A program made the translations under genes and the position numbers. A stretch of 64,000 bases of DNA from Saccostrea echinata (Eukaryota), in NCBI RefSeq assembly GCF_033153115.1, contig NW_026889751.1:1488001-1552000 (forward strand). The letters are read 5' to 3'. Positions 1 through 13,138 of this stretch are shown here, one piece after another; positions within the stretch are counted from its first letter, which is position 1, and each line of letters starts with the position of its first letter. The notes under the pieces were generated by a model, which was given only the letters and a program-made list of their open reading frames with translations, was not told the origin of the DNA and did not search any database.

Positions 1-667
1 TTTTATTGAAGTCAGGCAAAAACTGTAGGAGGGAAAGCGATTTGTAAATTACTGAATATAGTATACCCGTGTCTATTAGGAAGCCCCATTCTCAAAATTA
101 CTATTTTTGTTACCATAGCAACACTGTTCATTGAAATAAAAATACTAAAATAAAGAGTTTTGTGTTTTAGTATACTCTACATGTGTACCAAATTTTATTG
201 AAGTCAGGCAAAAACTGTAGGAGGGAAAGCGATTTGAAAATTGCTTATAATTACGACAATCAGACAGCTGTAAAGCCAAAGTCTTTAAGGATGACAGACA
301 TTGTGTGATTGTATAAACTCTTCCTATATCAAATAAAGTTGACCAGTATAACTAAAAACTAATTGACTGCATGCTTTGTTTTAATAGTATCACTAAATCC
401 TCTGTTATGGAAACATTATATGTAAATTTGTTTGTATTTCTGGGATGAAAAAGGGGAAAAACACATATTTTGGCAATTATGGGCCTCATTCGTTGCCATG
501 GCAACCACGACGTCATTTAATCTGCATAATTAAAGACTTTAAGATTTTATTTTTCAGAAAATGTATAGGTTGCTTTTTGCAAAAGTGACTAGAAAATGTT
601 AAAATTTCAATTTGAAATTTTTATGCAGTTTTGCAGAAAAAATGCGAAATCTCTGGTAGTTAAAGGG
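1..667. mobile_element. One end of a piggyBac-like non-autonomous element with internal ~192-bp repeat
   Basis: Ends ...TCTGGTAGTTAAAGGG followed by TTAA (668-671), i.e. a CCC terminus plus TTAA target. Internal repeat at 1-45 and 193-237. The other end is outside the window. Confidence 0.5.
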
Positions 668-831
668 TTAAGGATAAATGCCAAAGTCAAGAATATTGCT
701 GAATTTGTATTTGTCCTTGGACTAATTACAAGTCCCCATTAAAATTTTCATATACAGTTTGAAACCATTGCATGTGTCACAAAAAAAATTCCTACTAGAA
801 CTTGTTTTCATCATATGATACATAATCTTAC

Positions 832-965
832 TAATTCACAGATGAGTGGTTCACACATGGCCTTATGACAGTGGACTTGACCATTCTCACACAAACAGAA
901 TTCACAAGCAGAAATGTTCCACACATCACCGTGGTATCGAATAGGTATTTCAGACTTGCACGAAT
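832..965 (-). CDS. FRAS1: FRAS1-like coding exon 10 (134 nt, DSCKSEIPIRYHGDVWNISACEFCLCENGQVHCHKAMCEPLICEL); gene continues beyond base 1
   Basis: TTACATAG acceptor, TTA|GTAAGA donor. RY..D.W..SACEFC.C..GQV.C is characteristic of FRAS1 VWC5 (from recall). Confidence 0.93.
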
Positions 966-1058
966 CTATGTAAAATAATAAATAAAAGTACATTTCCTTG
1001 CTTTTCAAACACCATTCTTCAAAAATGCTGCAGAATGCACTGTCACAAATAAACTTAC

Positions 1059-1116
1059 CCTGTCGACTGACACACTCAATGCAACATTCTCCAGGTCTTC
1101 TCACTTTTCTCTCACT
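1059..1116 (-). CDS. FRAS1: FRAS1-like coding exon 9 (58 nt, SERKVRRPGECCIECVSRQ+G)
   Basis: TTTTCAAAAG acceptor, G|GTAAGT donor (phase 1), RRxGxCCxECVS motif. Confidence 0.9.
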
Positions 1117-1290
1117 CTTTTGAAAAAAAAATTTAAAAGAAAAATTCAAATCAAGAGTATTGTAATTTGATAATAAAACAATATGAAAATCTAAGACTAA
1201 ATTTGAAATTAATTGCCAATTCTATAATTTTTGTCAAGTGATTTATTTTTGCAAAAAATGTTAAATGTTCAATGTATTCTGGGGACGTAC

Positions 1291-1401
1291 TTTGCCACAT
1301 TCCAGCTCTTTTGGATCCACACATTCTTCTTTCCTGCAAACGGTCTCCCCTTGTAGACAGGTGCAAAATGTGCATTCATCCTTCTGCCAGCTTTCATTAT
1401 T
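1291..1401 (-). CDS. FRAS1: FRAS1-like coding exon 8 (111 nt, NNESWQKDECTFCTCLQGETVCRKEECVDPKELECGK)
   Basis: GTTAAG acceptor (AAG type), AAA|GTACGT donor, VWC Cys pattern. Confidence 0.9.
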
Positions 1402-3252
1402 CTTAACATAGATAACAAGTTATTTCAGGAAATGTGTACATTACACAAAAATACATCATATTTTCCATATATCTATAAAATCTCTGATCAAAATTTTTTT
1501 TTTTAATCAATTAAATTATTTTTCCCACACAGAATGTATGGATTTTTTTCTGTTTCTGGCACTTTGTCATCTTAATTAACTTTTTCAATAAGACAATTAA
1601 ATGTCTTACTCATTGGATATATTAACCAGGGAAATTTTTTTGAATGCCTGAAACATATGTTTCGGGGAAAAACTGATTTTATAGACAAATTATTTTTGAA
1701 ATACATTCCAAATTTGTACTAGGACTCAACATTTAATTATGATACTGAAAGTTATATGTTGTGGAATTGTGTTGGGGGCTATATATATTCTGGCTATAAA
1801 AGAAAGATTTAATTCCCAGTTTTTTTTCTCATCTCTATCAATCATAAACTTGACAGAAACAAACCTACAGCTGATTAATTTAAAACAAAATCCCATGTAA
1901 CATTTTAGGTGGAAAATTAGGTGAGGTCACATTCCTTTATAGTCCTAACTTGTGTGATAGATACACATTCTTTCTTTAGGTGTGCATTCTTTCATGTACA
2001 CCATTCTTATATTTATGTAGGTACACATTTCATGTGATAATAATAGAAAAAAAATGGTTATTTTTGGTATCGTTCATAAAGATTTTCCCTCATAAAAATT
2101 ACCCATTTTACTCCCAGTTCCTATTGAGCTATCATTAGGAGCAGACCAGACGTCATTTGACACCAGTGATCTGACTCTGCATGATCAAACACAGAATTTA
2201 ACACTCAATTGAAAGCAAAATGCATTTCATTCTTTGTAAATTCAATGAACAATCTTCTTTTAAAAATCTTGTCAAAAGCAAACATGTTTCTCAGATGTGA
2301 AAACGCCCAAATATTATTGCATAAAAAATTGATTCAAAAGATCAACCCCATCCTAGTTGTACATGTAGTATGATAACATTCATAGGCATCATCGTGACAT
2401 TACATGTATGCCTGCAGTGTGAATTTAAATAACTCAGAATTTTTTTTTGAATCAAATATAATAACATAGGTTCATTCAATAAATCACTTTTGTATCAGAT
2501 TTCTTATCAACAGCCCTTCAAACTGAACAGTATTCTCACGGAAAATACTCAAGCACTTCTGCCCTCTGCAAAAAATAAGCACATTCTCAGAAAATCACTT
2601 TTGTCTTTATCAATTAATTCTTGTTGGATCATATCAAATTCAACACATCAAAATTACTATGCACCCAGATAGTAATAAAGGTATTTTAGTAAACTTCTGA
2701 TTTGTCGTTTTGTATACAGTTTATGTTTTATCCTTGATTAAACAGAGAAAATATGAGAACTTTCAGAAGCTAATTTTCATAGGTATTCTTGATGTTTATC
2801 AAAAATTACCTGTCAATTCTATACTTAAAAACAGGGGCAGGTTACTTTTCAACAATCAAGATAAGAAATCAGTAGCCTGAATGTATTAAACAGAGCTATC
2901 AAAATTATCAGCATGGAGATTTTCTTAAAGCTTAAACAACACAGAAAAAACATATACTCTGTGACTCTTATTGTCAAAAGTCACACTCGTCACTCAAATC
3001 AGGTCAAAAGGTCTGAGAATGCTAGCTATGTAAAAACAAAGTAGCCTTTGACTGAAAGGTCATTAAAAAGGAAACTGGATGAAATTAACACAGACTGTGT
3101 TTCAAGAACACTTTGATGTAAAATATTGCATTTCACACAGAAATCATCACCATAAAATACCAATTTTTTTAATGTTTGCCATTAACTCAAATAAAATATG
3201 ATCTAGAGGTGCCAAAAACTTCATTTGGATTATAATTGGATACACAAGGTAC

Positions 3253-3336
3253 CTGGTATTGCTTGATTCTATCCGAACACATCTTAGATTTGCATACAGG
3301 ACAGCAAGAATGAGGACCTCTTTCAATATACTGGCC
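3253..3336 (-). CDS. FRAS1: FRAS1-like coding exon 7 (84 nt, GQYIERGPHSCCPVCKSKMCSDRIKQYQ)
   Basis: TTAACTAG acceptor, CAG|GTACCT donor, CCPxC motif, in frame with both neighbours. Confidence 0.92.
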
Positions 3337-3819
3337 CTAGTTAAGAAAATTGAGCATTGGTACTTCTTTACATTTAATAACTGATACATTTTATGACATA
3401 AGTGATACAAAGGCATGATGTTTTTAATAGCAATTTTTTCACAATATACATGTTATCACTTTATTATGGCTTCAGTGATCTCACAAAAATTTAATGAATA
3501 ACATACAATGTATGTCCGAACCTCTTCCAAATGATGTACGTCAATCAAATTCAAATTTATGGCCAAAAACAACATTTAAAATCAAAACCATGACATATCA
3601 AAACTAGAGGTATTCATTTGTGATTAAAATTTATTCCCACATAGAAACAAACAAATTAAATTAACAGTTTATCGGCTTTTACCTTTGTTATTTAAAAAAC
3701 ATAATATTCACATCTTCTTTTCTATAAGGAATTTCATACTGGCATTTGAGCAAAACAAAGAAAACAAAATGTGATCCAGGTACTGGTAATAAGAATGCTT
3801 TAAATCTTGTGTCACCTAC

Positions 3820-3953
3820 CGGTGGACAAACAAGAGGGGGGCACTGTATCGGGAAACACGAGGCTGTTCCGTCTTGACACACACATTTTGTACAGGGAAG
3901 GGGAGACCACTCATGTCCATCATCATAAGTTACACCATCGACTAAGCACGAAC
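3820..3953 (-). CDS. FRAS1: FRAS1-like coding exon 6 (134 nt, SSCLVDGVTYDDGHEWSPLPCTKCVCQDGTASCFPIQCPPLVCPP)
   Basis: TTCTCAG acceptor, CCG|GTAGGT donor, phase 1 to 0. Lies inside ORF 3688..4026. Confidence 0.95.
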
Positions 3954-5229
3954 CTGAGAAATCAAATGAGATGAGCTTTACAAATATTAAAATTGGCAAA
4001 TAAAATGCATTGCATGTTAATATCATATCAAACTCTGAACTTTCATTGCTAGCTTTAGCATATATAGAATTAAAAATTGCAAAAAAAAGGTGTGTATACT
4101 GTATTTATAACGTCAGTCATTTTAAATGAAGAGAATGTATGTATAAATGGTGTCAAACTGCCTCATACTTGTTAAATTTCCACTTTCTGAGCAATTTCAC
4201 ACAGTTTAACACATAACTTATCACACTGTGTCAAAGGTATTTAGGTGGAAGTTTGACAATAGATTTAACTAGAAGGAAAAATTTAATTATTACAGTGTTT
4301 ACTGTGTAAAGTTATCTACAGATTTGAGTCATTTCTCAGTTTCTTTCTGTAAAAGTAATACTCAAGCCAATACATATTTTCAACAACAACAAAAAATTCA
4401 TGCGGTAAGCAAATATTTTAATTTTGCAAGTGATGAAAACTTCAGTTTCAAAAGGTACATTTACATGATCAACATGTCTTGATTACCAATAATAAAAATA
4501 TTCACAGTAAAGTGTAACCCCCCCCCTTTTTGAAGTTTATTATCACTTCTCTTACTCATGATTATACAATGATATTCTATGTATACATCACCATCACAAG
4601 AATTCAATTACTCAGTGCAGCATATGGATTGAAAAGGAAGTAAGAAAAGAACAGACTCCATGATTATGCACATGTATGGAAGCCAATCCAATCAATAATT
4701 AGTCACATCTTGATACATCTAACAAATTATTCCAAAATTATTCCAATTCATCCCTTCCTAATGACACATTAATGAAAAATCTGTCACTAATGTTGAAAGA
4801 TAACCTCTCTCTTCACAATATCAAGATGTCTAAAAGATAAAAGTATGAAAAGGGGGATTTCAGAATTGATTTGTAAGCCATATTGCATTAATACTTTATT
4901 CCTTAAACTTCATGTACTTGATATGAAATAGATGAATAATAAACATTAGGTAATCAAAGATTATGAAGCTCATCTCGATGAATGTTATCTATAATGCAAA
5001 GTCTTTTCCCAAATGATCTACTAATTACATGAACATTAAAGGCCCTTCTCTAGCCAACTAAAAATACAAGTCACTTGCTGCATCTTCAAAGCAAGAAAAA
5101 ATTAGTCAAGGCAAGGACAGAAGTGTGTATCTCTACATGAATTATCTATACAAGTTTAGTCAAGTTAGGACACAATTACTTTGGGTATCAATCTGCTCAA
5201 AAGAATTAAATCTGACCACTTAAAAAAAA

Positions 5230-6040
5230 AATAATGTAGATCAGTTGCAACAATGTCAAAAGATGCATCATACAATCAAGTTTGGTCCAGGTAAGGCTTA
5301 AAGTTACTTAGGGACCTGCTGCTCCAAAACCTTTAATCTGGTCACTCAGTGAAACATACAGGTCCAATGTAGCATCCAAAGCATGTCTGGTAGTGCGCAA
5401 CCCTAGTTACTTACAGCTTACTTGGGAATGGACCTGTTCTGAAAACTGTTCAATCACCTGGAAATAAATGTCAGATGCAGCATTCACAGTAGGTGAGTGT
5501 GCATCCCTAAATACAATATCCATGCAAGTTTGGATTAGGTAAGCCTTATATAGTTACTTGAGAATAAACCTAAACCTGTTCAATCATTTGGAAAATATCA
5601 GTCAGATGTGGCATCAGAAGTCAGGTAACGGTTGGCTTTATAGTGACTTCAGAATGAACCTGCCTCTATCCCCCAGAGAATGTAATTCAGATGCAGCACC
5701 TGAAGCTCCCAGGGTAGTGTGCACCCTTAGATGATCATCTGTGAAAGTTGGCTCCAGGTAGGCTTGGACCTGTTCCATAAACTTTTACCTGACCAATCAT
5801 CCAGAAAATAAAGGTCAGATCCAGCATCTGAAGCAAGTCTGGTGGTGTACATCCCTATATGCATCATTCCATGCAAGTTTGGTTCAAATATGATTACATT
5901 ACCTGGAAATGAACCTGATTCATAACATTTTACCTGGTTATTCACCAAAAAAAAAATAGATCAGATGCAGCACCAAAAGCAAGCAAGACTGAGTGCATCT
6001 CTAGATGCAGCATCCACTCAACTTTGGTAAAGGAGGGCTA
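5230..6040. repeat. Old degenerate tandem array (irregular ~90-145-bp units)
   Basis: Motifs TCAGATGCAGCA, GTGCATCCCTA and CATGCAAGTTTGG recur six or seven times with heavy divergence. Confidence 0.6.
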
Positions 6041-6871
6041 CAAGGCTTTGAATAAATATCTTGATTATGAACAACCACAGTATTATACTGCGTTAATAAT
6101 TTCAATAATTTCCCCATACCTATGTAAATAAACAATTAAAAATAAATAATGCTTAATATTAAATAAAGATTTAATAAAATAATATTCGATTTTGCAAGTG
6201 TTTTATGAGACATAAATCATCAAAATTTTGGCATGTATACAGCAATTATTTCGAAGGACATGAAGATTACTGAAGATTTTTTTTTTAAAAAAAAAAGAAC
6301 AATCTTCTCATAAATATCACACAACTAATACGATCACTCTTTTTTTTTTCATGCTTGTTGTGATATGATTGATTATGATAAATCTTCAAGTTTTATAAGG
6401 AATCTTTTCACTGTGAAAGACATGAAGAATTTGACAATTTGTTCCACCCTTGTCTGTGATAGAATGAAACAGAGGCACTTCTAGACAAGAGTGACCTAGT
6501 TACACATGTAAAAAGTTAAAAAATCAAATGGATCACACATCTTTCTGAACTATGCATGTCTACTGTGTCTGATGAAGGTAGAGCATGCAGAGTCATCTGC
6601 ATAAAGATTTTTTTAAAGTTTCAGTTTTGTTTGTTTGCTTGTTGTTTTGTCTTTTTTATTTAATTTTTTTTATGCTGATAGTAAATGTGGAAACCAAAGT
6701 ATGAAATTACAAGTAACATAAGATCTCAATTATAAGCCTAAACACTTCTGTACCAACATTTCCTTTAGTCCTAACTGCAAATTATTTTCAACAAATGGAT
6801 ACATTACATATCAATGTACACCAGTGACCTGTACGAAAATTGGATACACTGTATATAATTATATAACTTAC

Positions 6872-7031
6872 TTCCAGAGGCTATACACTGGGGGCAGCAT
6901 TGCCCGGGGAGGGTCTGGGCTACTGTCCCAGGTTTACAGTTCTGTCGGGGACAGGCTACGGCAGAACAAGTAACATCTCCATCCCAACACGTACAGTGAG
7001 AACAAGGATCGGGGTACCAGTCAGTGTTGTG
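6872..7031 (-). CDS. FRAS1: FRAS1-like coding exon 5 (160 nt, HNTDWYPDPCSHCTCWDGDVTCSAVACPRQNCKPGTVAQTLPGQCCPQCIASG)
   Basis: CTACAG acceptor, A|GTAAGT donor (phase 1). GC-rich island in AT-rich intron with a full VWC Cys pattern. Confidence 0.95.
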
Positions 7032-9181
7032 CTGTAGTCAGAACAATACACAATCATTAGCAAAACTTATAGGTTTTATTTTCAATATTATAACGAGATT
7101 GACTCGTAATCAAGGCCACTTGAACCCAATACTCTAGCAAACTTTAAATCACTTAACAGGCACATTGCTTTTCAAAAGGTGTAAGCCTAAAAAAGTAATG
7201 GACAAGGTACCTGAAAAAAAAATACAGGAAAAAAAGTAAAAAGAAAACTGTCCAATTTGAAAAATCTATTTTGTGTGTAGGTTGGGGAAAAAGAGGTTCC
7301 AACTGAATTCTACTGGTGTTACAGGAGGATGTAACATTATATACCAACATTTGACAAAACAACAAATTATGCAAATTCATTTCATATAATATTATGAATT
7401 AATCTTTTATGTAAAATTCAGAATTTTCCAAGGAGCATTTATTTGAAAATTTCAAAACTGAACATTTAAGGTTCATCTTCATGATTCAAGATCAAAACAG
7501 CACACCAATAGAGTTTGTATGGCTTACAAAAGGTTCCCTACTTCATATTAAAACATATTTAACAGTTGTGATATTTTTAATAAAGCATTTTAGTAGTTCT
7601 CTTGTACTTCTTCACGTAAGTGTTACACAGATACATTCTATATAAATACACTCATCTTGCATTAATGTTTTTTTAATGCCTTATAGCTCTTTAAATGGTC
7701 GATAAATGGTACATATTTAAGGATCAATTTACATTATTGTATAAATGACCCATGAATACAAATTCAAATTTCCTAGCCCATTATAATTTGATATCATTCA
7801 TAATAAATAGAAGTATTTAATAAAATCAATAAATCTTTTCTTAATATTCAAATTGTTCAGGAGCAGTGCCAAAAAGTTTCATATTTACTTGTGTCATTTT
7901 TCTACACTGACAAGTGATTTTGATATTTACAGAGAATATTGCAAACAATTCAGGAAAATATTTATTACACACTTCAAATTGTATTTGTATTTAAATTTTT
8001 GTACATTTCATAATAAAGTACATGTATAAAAATATCTGGAGATATTTACTGAAATAAAGCCTGTGTGTTATTGATTACTAATCAAGATTAAAAAAAAAAT
8101 AACAGTTCAGTTAAAAAATTAAACAGAAAACAAAAAAATATTTAGATACTTAAAAAAAAACTATAAAAATCTGTGACAATATCAGACAATTCAAACAAGA
8201 TTTCAAGAGCATGAAATTCCTTAGAATGACACTTCAATCTTGAAGAGCGATCATAGACAAACATTCAATAACAAATCGTGACATTTAAAATGACCCACAA
8301 AAGACTAAGTAAAGTGTCGGTACATACTTTAATATATCGTTATGTATTGCTGATTGCAAAGATTATATGCCTGGTATTTCAGAGTAAGTGCAGTTCTAGG
8401 TCCTGTATTTAGTTAGTACTCAGTGACAACACCTGTCACGTTTTATCTTTGATGTACGTTAAATCAGTTCAAACAAATTCACAATCATGAACCTGCCCTG
8501 TATGCACAAAATTTTTGACAAAAGTGTGGGTGGACAGGAATTTCTCTGCTATATTTACCATCAGATTGGAGATGTACTTGATTTTTCTGCACATTCGCTC
8601 ACATTATGTAATCATGAATTCAATAGAGGCATACTAAGTCCCATATCCAGGCTTTGGTTAAATAATTTATTGGTGTCAAAGGGTGGTGCCATTTTCACAA
8701 ATGTAATTTGCACATGTATAAAAAGATGGTCAGGGGATTTCACACATACGATATAAAATGTTTACTCAATCAAAGTGTATATTTATAGAAAATATAGGTG
8801 TACAGTGTATTCACACAATATTATTTGGGCTTTACATAAGAAAAATCACTTCTTTCTACAGGAAAATGCCATTTATAACATATTTAGTCCATTACATAGG
8901 ATACCCTTCCTATTTTAGGTGAAAAGTATATGAATTTACTTTGTAACTGCTAAATGAATATATATATATCCTTCATGCTTTCTATGCCTTTGAGAAAACT
9001 CATTGCAAAACTTGTGTTCTTGAAAAATTTAAATATTTTTCAATCATAATGGAAAAGTATAAAACATTATTATTAAATAACACAAAAACAAATTGCAAAA
9101 TTGTTTTTAAAAAATGCTTAAATCTGAAATCTACATTTTATCTACAATATAAAAAATATTTGGGGGAAAAAAGATACTTAC

Positions 9182-9271
9182 TGCGAAAGTTTTAGAGTCC
9201 TGACGGCAAGGGGCTAAAGTTCCCACACACTCAGGACAACATCCATCATGTGGAATCTGTAGATATTCCCC
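9182..9271 (-). CDS. FRAS1: FRAS1-like coding exon 4 (90 nt, GEYLQIPHDGCCPECVGTLAPCRQDSKTFA)
   Basis: TTTTCAG acceptor, GCA|GTAAGT donor. GExLQI...CCPECV matches the end of FRAS1 VWC1. Confidence 0.93.
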
Positions 9272-9857
9272 CTGAAAAAGATAAAATCATCCAAATGTTA
9301 ATAAGTACTCTAGGGTATCTACTGTGTAACTGATTCTAATGTAAATGTTCAAGACTCTCAATTGTCTATATTTGGGGCCGTTCAAAGGCCCCATTCCCAA
9401 TTCAAAAAAGGTACCTTTTTCCCCAGCTGAATGTGTTAATTTTCCCAATACATGTAGTCATTTTCCACTAATATTAAAGAATGCATAATTGGATATATAA
9501 TAACAACACCTGCTTCTCACTATATAGGTGTAATTATATGGCTAAAGTGCATCTATCATGATACACTGGGGATGTATCATGATATAAATCATGAAATTTT
9601 ACCTTTCATACTTTTAATGTGATTTGTAGGTCTCTGTAACTTCCTTTAACAATGTGAAAGGATAAAACTTGTAGATTATTTCATCAAGTTCACAAATACA
9701 TTTATGTAACATTTAATAAGCTCTGAAAACAATAAAAACATCATAAGTAAGTAAGGAAAATCACTTTTATCAGGTATATTTAAAAAGAAATAACAAAAAT
9801 TATATGGATTTTGTACCACAATGCAGTAAAATTTTTGGGTGTATTGCAGTACATGTA

Positions 9858-10051
9858 CTGTAAACCAACTTTTAATTGCATGCAAGAAATATCTGTGAGT
9901 TTCACGACCTACTTTACTCATGAATATTAATCGCCGCAAACTTCTTTTGCTTTGCATTTGAAGAGAATGTTTCCTCAGTCATGAAAATTAATCGTGATTT
10001 CAAACTGATGAATCCGAATAAAAGATGATGCAAATAATAGTTGGTTTACAG
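9858..10051. mobile_element. MITE with TA target duplication (Tc1/mariner-like)
   Basis: Perfect 13-bp TIR CTGTAAACCAACT/AGTTGGTTTACAG, flanked by TA on both sides. Confidence 0.85.
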
Positions 10052-11799
10052 TATACCTATACATGTATATTGTATATCATTGCATCCCTATACTTTTGAA
10101 TCTCACATTCTTCTGCATTGCATATCAGAAATTTAGCTGATAAAAAACACCAAAAGCCCAATATACAATGATTTTAATGTAAAAATGATTTCCAAAAAAT
10201 TCCCACAAAAGTCACCAATTTTCCAAACTTTTATGGCCCTTCCCCCTTCCCAAATAGTGGTGTGAGAGCCCTAACCTCTTGTCTGAGTACGTATATACCA
10301 AATGAGGACAGTGAGAAAACTGCGAAAGAAATATTAAGAGATATATTTTTGATAAACATACATGTATCTTGAGATACACAAAAATAGAAAACAATATTCC
10401 CTATGATTCTTTGGCCTTGATGTAGGTAGATTACCTAAAAAGTACATGACTTTCACAAATCTCTGAGGAGAACATCTGCTTACTTCATGACCTCTGATTT
10501 CTAAATATGATAAGTTATGAAGTAAATCATTTGTAACACCCCAAATTTATGTGACTCACAGGCCACCAACCTAGAATCATTCAATGCCCCAATCATATCA
10601 GTAACAGATGAATTGCATCCTTTATTGAAATATCATTTCCTATATGATTTGTCATCTGTCAAATCTAAACTGTAATGGAATCATAAATGCACACTAATCT
10701 CACATCAGATTGATACACACCCGGTATAAATTACTAAATATATAGTAAGCCAACAAATATTTACTAAAAGCTATCAAAATGATACTTTTAACAATTTTGG
10801 GATAAACAGTAGTTTACAAGCTTTAGGGAATTCTGAGATTATAATCACAGAGTGTATACGCATACAGCATCATTAATCACTAGCAAGATTTTTAACTGCC
10901 AGCATTGTGACATGATTGCTTTAATTTTATGTGAGCCATAAATCTTAAATATGATCTCTTCTGCCTGAGGTGAAATGGCAACATTTGACTCGAACTGTGA
11001 GGCTCCCTTGCATCAGAGGAACAATAGAAAAGGTGCAACATGATTTTGAATCTGCTGGAATCATGTCATAGCAATACATCACACAGAGAAGGTAATACAC
11101 AGTGGTCAGGCAGCCATGGGGATTACTTTACACCTGTATTTAATCGTTACCTGACACAGGTGTGAGAGTGTAAATGATCAAAGGAATTCTAGGCTGTTCC
11201 GAAACATCTTACCTATGACTTCACTGATGAACTTACATGACATTTGTCTGTGGGGAGTTAAGTTTAAAAGAGGTTTTTTTTAATACATGTATAAAGAAAT
11301 GAAGTAACCCCCTGAACACTTTTACATATATACTTTTTAGCCACAGGCCTGACAGAATAAAAATTTCAAATTCTACCTTAGACTAATGAGACAGGAAAGC
11401 TTTGACACATTGTCATGATAGATCATTTACCATCCAAAAGAATTTACAAAATTTAATTATTAAATGGAAATGTCGTAAAAAAAATCATGTACATGTAGCC
11501 ATGTATGTGGTATTTTTAATACATTTATTAATAAATACAATTCCACAAAACTGAGAAATATACATGCATATTTTCTCCAAGGTAATGAATGCATAATTAG
11601 TGTACACTAGCCAAAAAGAAACCATGAACTTGTGTAAATCATTTAAATTTGAATTTATTTCCATAAACATCTGAATAATTTTAAATTAACAACACAGTCT
11701 GCTACTTCTTCATTGAGTATCATTATTATACAGTAAATACTAAATGTAGCATAAAATACATTACACAAAGTGGCTTAAATTGGTGCCTGTATAGCTCAC

Positions 11800-11907
11800 C
11801 TTTGCATAGAAACAGTTTGGATTCAGGCAGCGGACGTTTTCACAAACAGACACAGGGTCCAGACAGGTACAGATAGTACAGAGGTCCGGCAACCAGAGTG
11901 TGTGATT
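11800..11907 (-). CDS. FRAS1: FRAS1-like coding exon 3 (108 nt, NHTLWLPDLCTICTCLDPVSVCENVRCLNPNCFYAK)
   Basis: CCTTCAG acceptor, AAG|GTGAGC donor. W-x-P-D-x-C-x2-C-x-C VWC motif closely resembling vertebrate FRAS1 VWC1 (from recall). Confidence 0.92.
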
Positions 11908-12809
11908 CTGAAGGATAAAAACATTGGTTAGCACTAGTACAGAGGTCTGACAACCAGAGTGTGTGATTCTGAAGGATAAAAACAAGATTTATTGCAATCA
12001 GAATAAAACTGTAGGAGGAGTAGCCTTTTAAAATAATTTTACAGAAATTTCTATTTAAGTAACCATGGCAACATCATTCAACAAAATCAAAAAGCAATAA
12101 TGACAATTATGTATATCATTGTAGTCTACTTGTATGCCAAGTTATACTGAAATCAGACAAATCATGTAGGAGGAGTAGCGTTTTGAAAGTATTTCAAGAA
12201 AATTTCTATTTTTAGTAACCATGGCAACACTTTTCATCGAAATCCAAAACTGGTAGAGAGAATTATGTATCTTAGTGTAGTCTACTTGTGTGCCAAGTTA
12301 TAATGAAATAAGATCAAAACTGTAGGAGGAGTAGCATTTTGAAAGTTTTTTTACAGAAATTTCTACTCTTAGTAACCATGGCAACACTGTTCATTGAAAT
12401 CAAAAACCGATATATAGAATTATGTATCTTTGTATAGTCTACTTGTGTGCCAAGTTATACTGATATCAGACCAAAACTGTAGGAGGAGTAGCATTTTGAA
12501 AGTTTTTCACAGAAATTTCTATTTTTAGTAACCATGGCAACACCGTTCATTGAAATCAAAAACCGATATACAGAATTATGTATCTTAGTGTAGTCTACTT
12601 GTGTGCCAAGTTATATTGAAATCAGACCAAAACTGTAGGAGGAGTAGTGTTTTGAAAAATTGTTTACAGACGGACGGACAGACAGATGGACGGATGATGG
12701 ACACCTTACTATCGCATAAGCTCTTCTGGTCTCTGACCAGTAGAGCTAAAAACATTGGTTAGCACTAGTACAGAGGTCCGGCAACCAGTGTGTGATTCTA
12801 AAGATAAAA
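11875..12809. repeat. Three copies of a 61-bp unit spanning the exon 3 acceptor, split by a Helentron insertion
   Basis: TAGTACAGAGGTC..CAACCAGAGTGTGTGATTCTGAAGGATAAAA at ~11875, ~11936 and (with a 2-nt deletion) ~12766. Confidence 0.9.
11981..12750 (-). mobile_element. Non-autonomous Helentron/CvA-pearl-like element with ~156-bp tandem array
   Basis: GTAGGAGGAGTAG recurs at 12011, 12166, 12322, 12479 and 12635. (GACG/GACA) microsatellite and terminal hairpin AGCTC..CTGGTC-TCT-GACCAG..GAGCT. Inserted in an A/T run with no TSD. Strand is relative only. Confidence 0.8.
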
Positions 12810-12964
12810 TTATCAGTTAGCATGTACTCTTTCTTTTATAAGTTTTTCATTCTATACAATATGATATACAATGTACAAGTATATAATATATATTATAATG
12901 AATAAGATGTAAGCTGCATTTAGAACTACATGTACTTTTTATTGGTTTTATATATTTACAACTA

Positions 12965-13138
12965 CAGTTGAACTTCGGTATCTCGAACACTGATATCTCG
13001 AATACCATGGATATGTCGCAGTGATTTGGAAGTCCCAACTACTTATTCTGTAAGTATTTTACCCTCGATATCTTGAATCCTCTGATATCTTGATGTTTTC
13101 CTCGGTCCCATCGAGTTCCAGATAATGAGGTTTGACTG
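12965..13138. mobile_element. Tc1/mariner (pogo/Tigger-like) MITE
   Basis: TA-CAGT...ACTG-TA termini with imperfect ~24-bp TIR (CAGTTGAACTTCGGTATCTCGAAC vs CAGTCAAACCTCATTATCTGGAAC). Confidence 0.85.
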
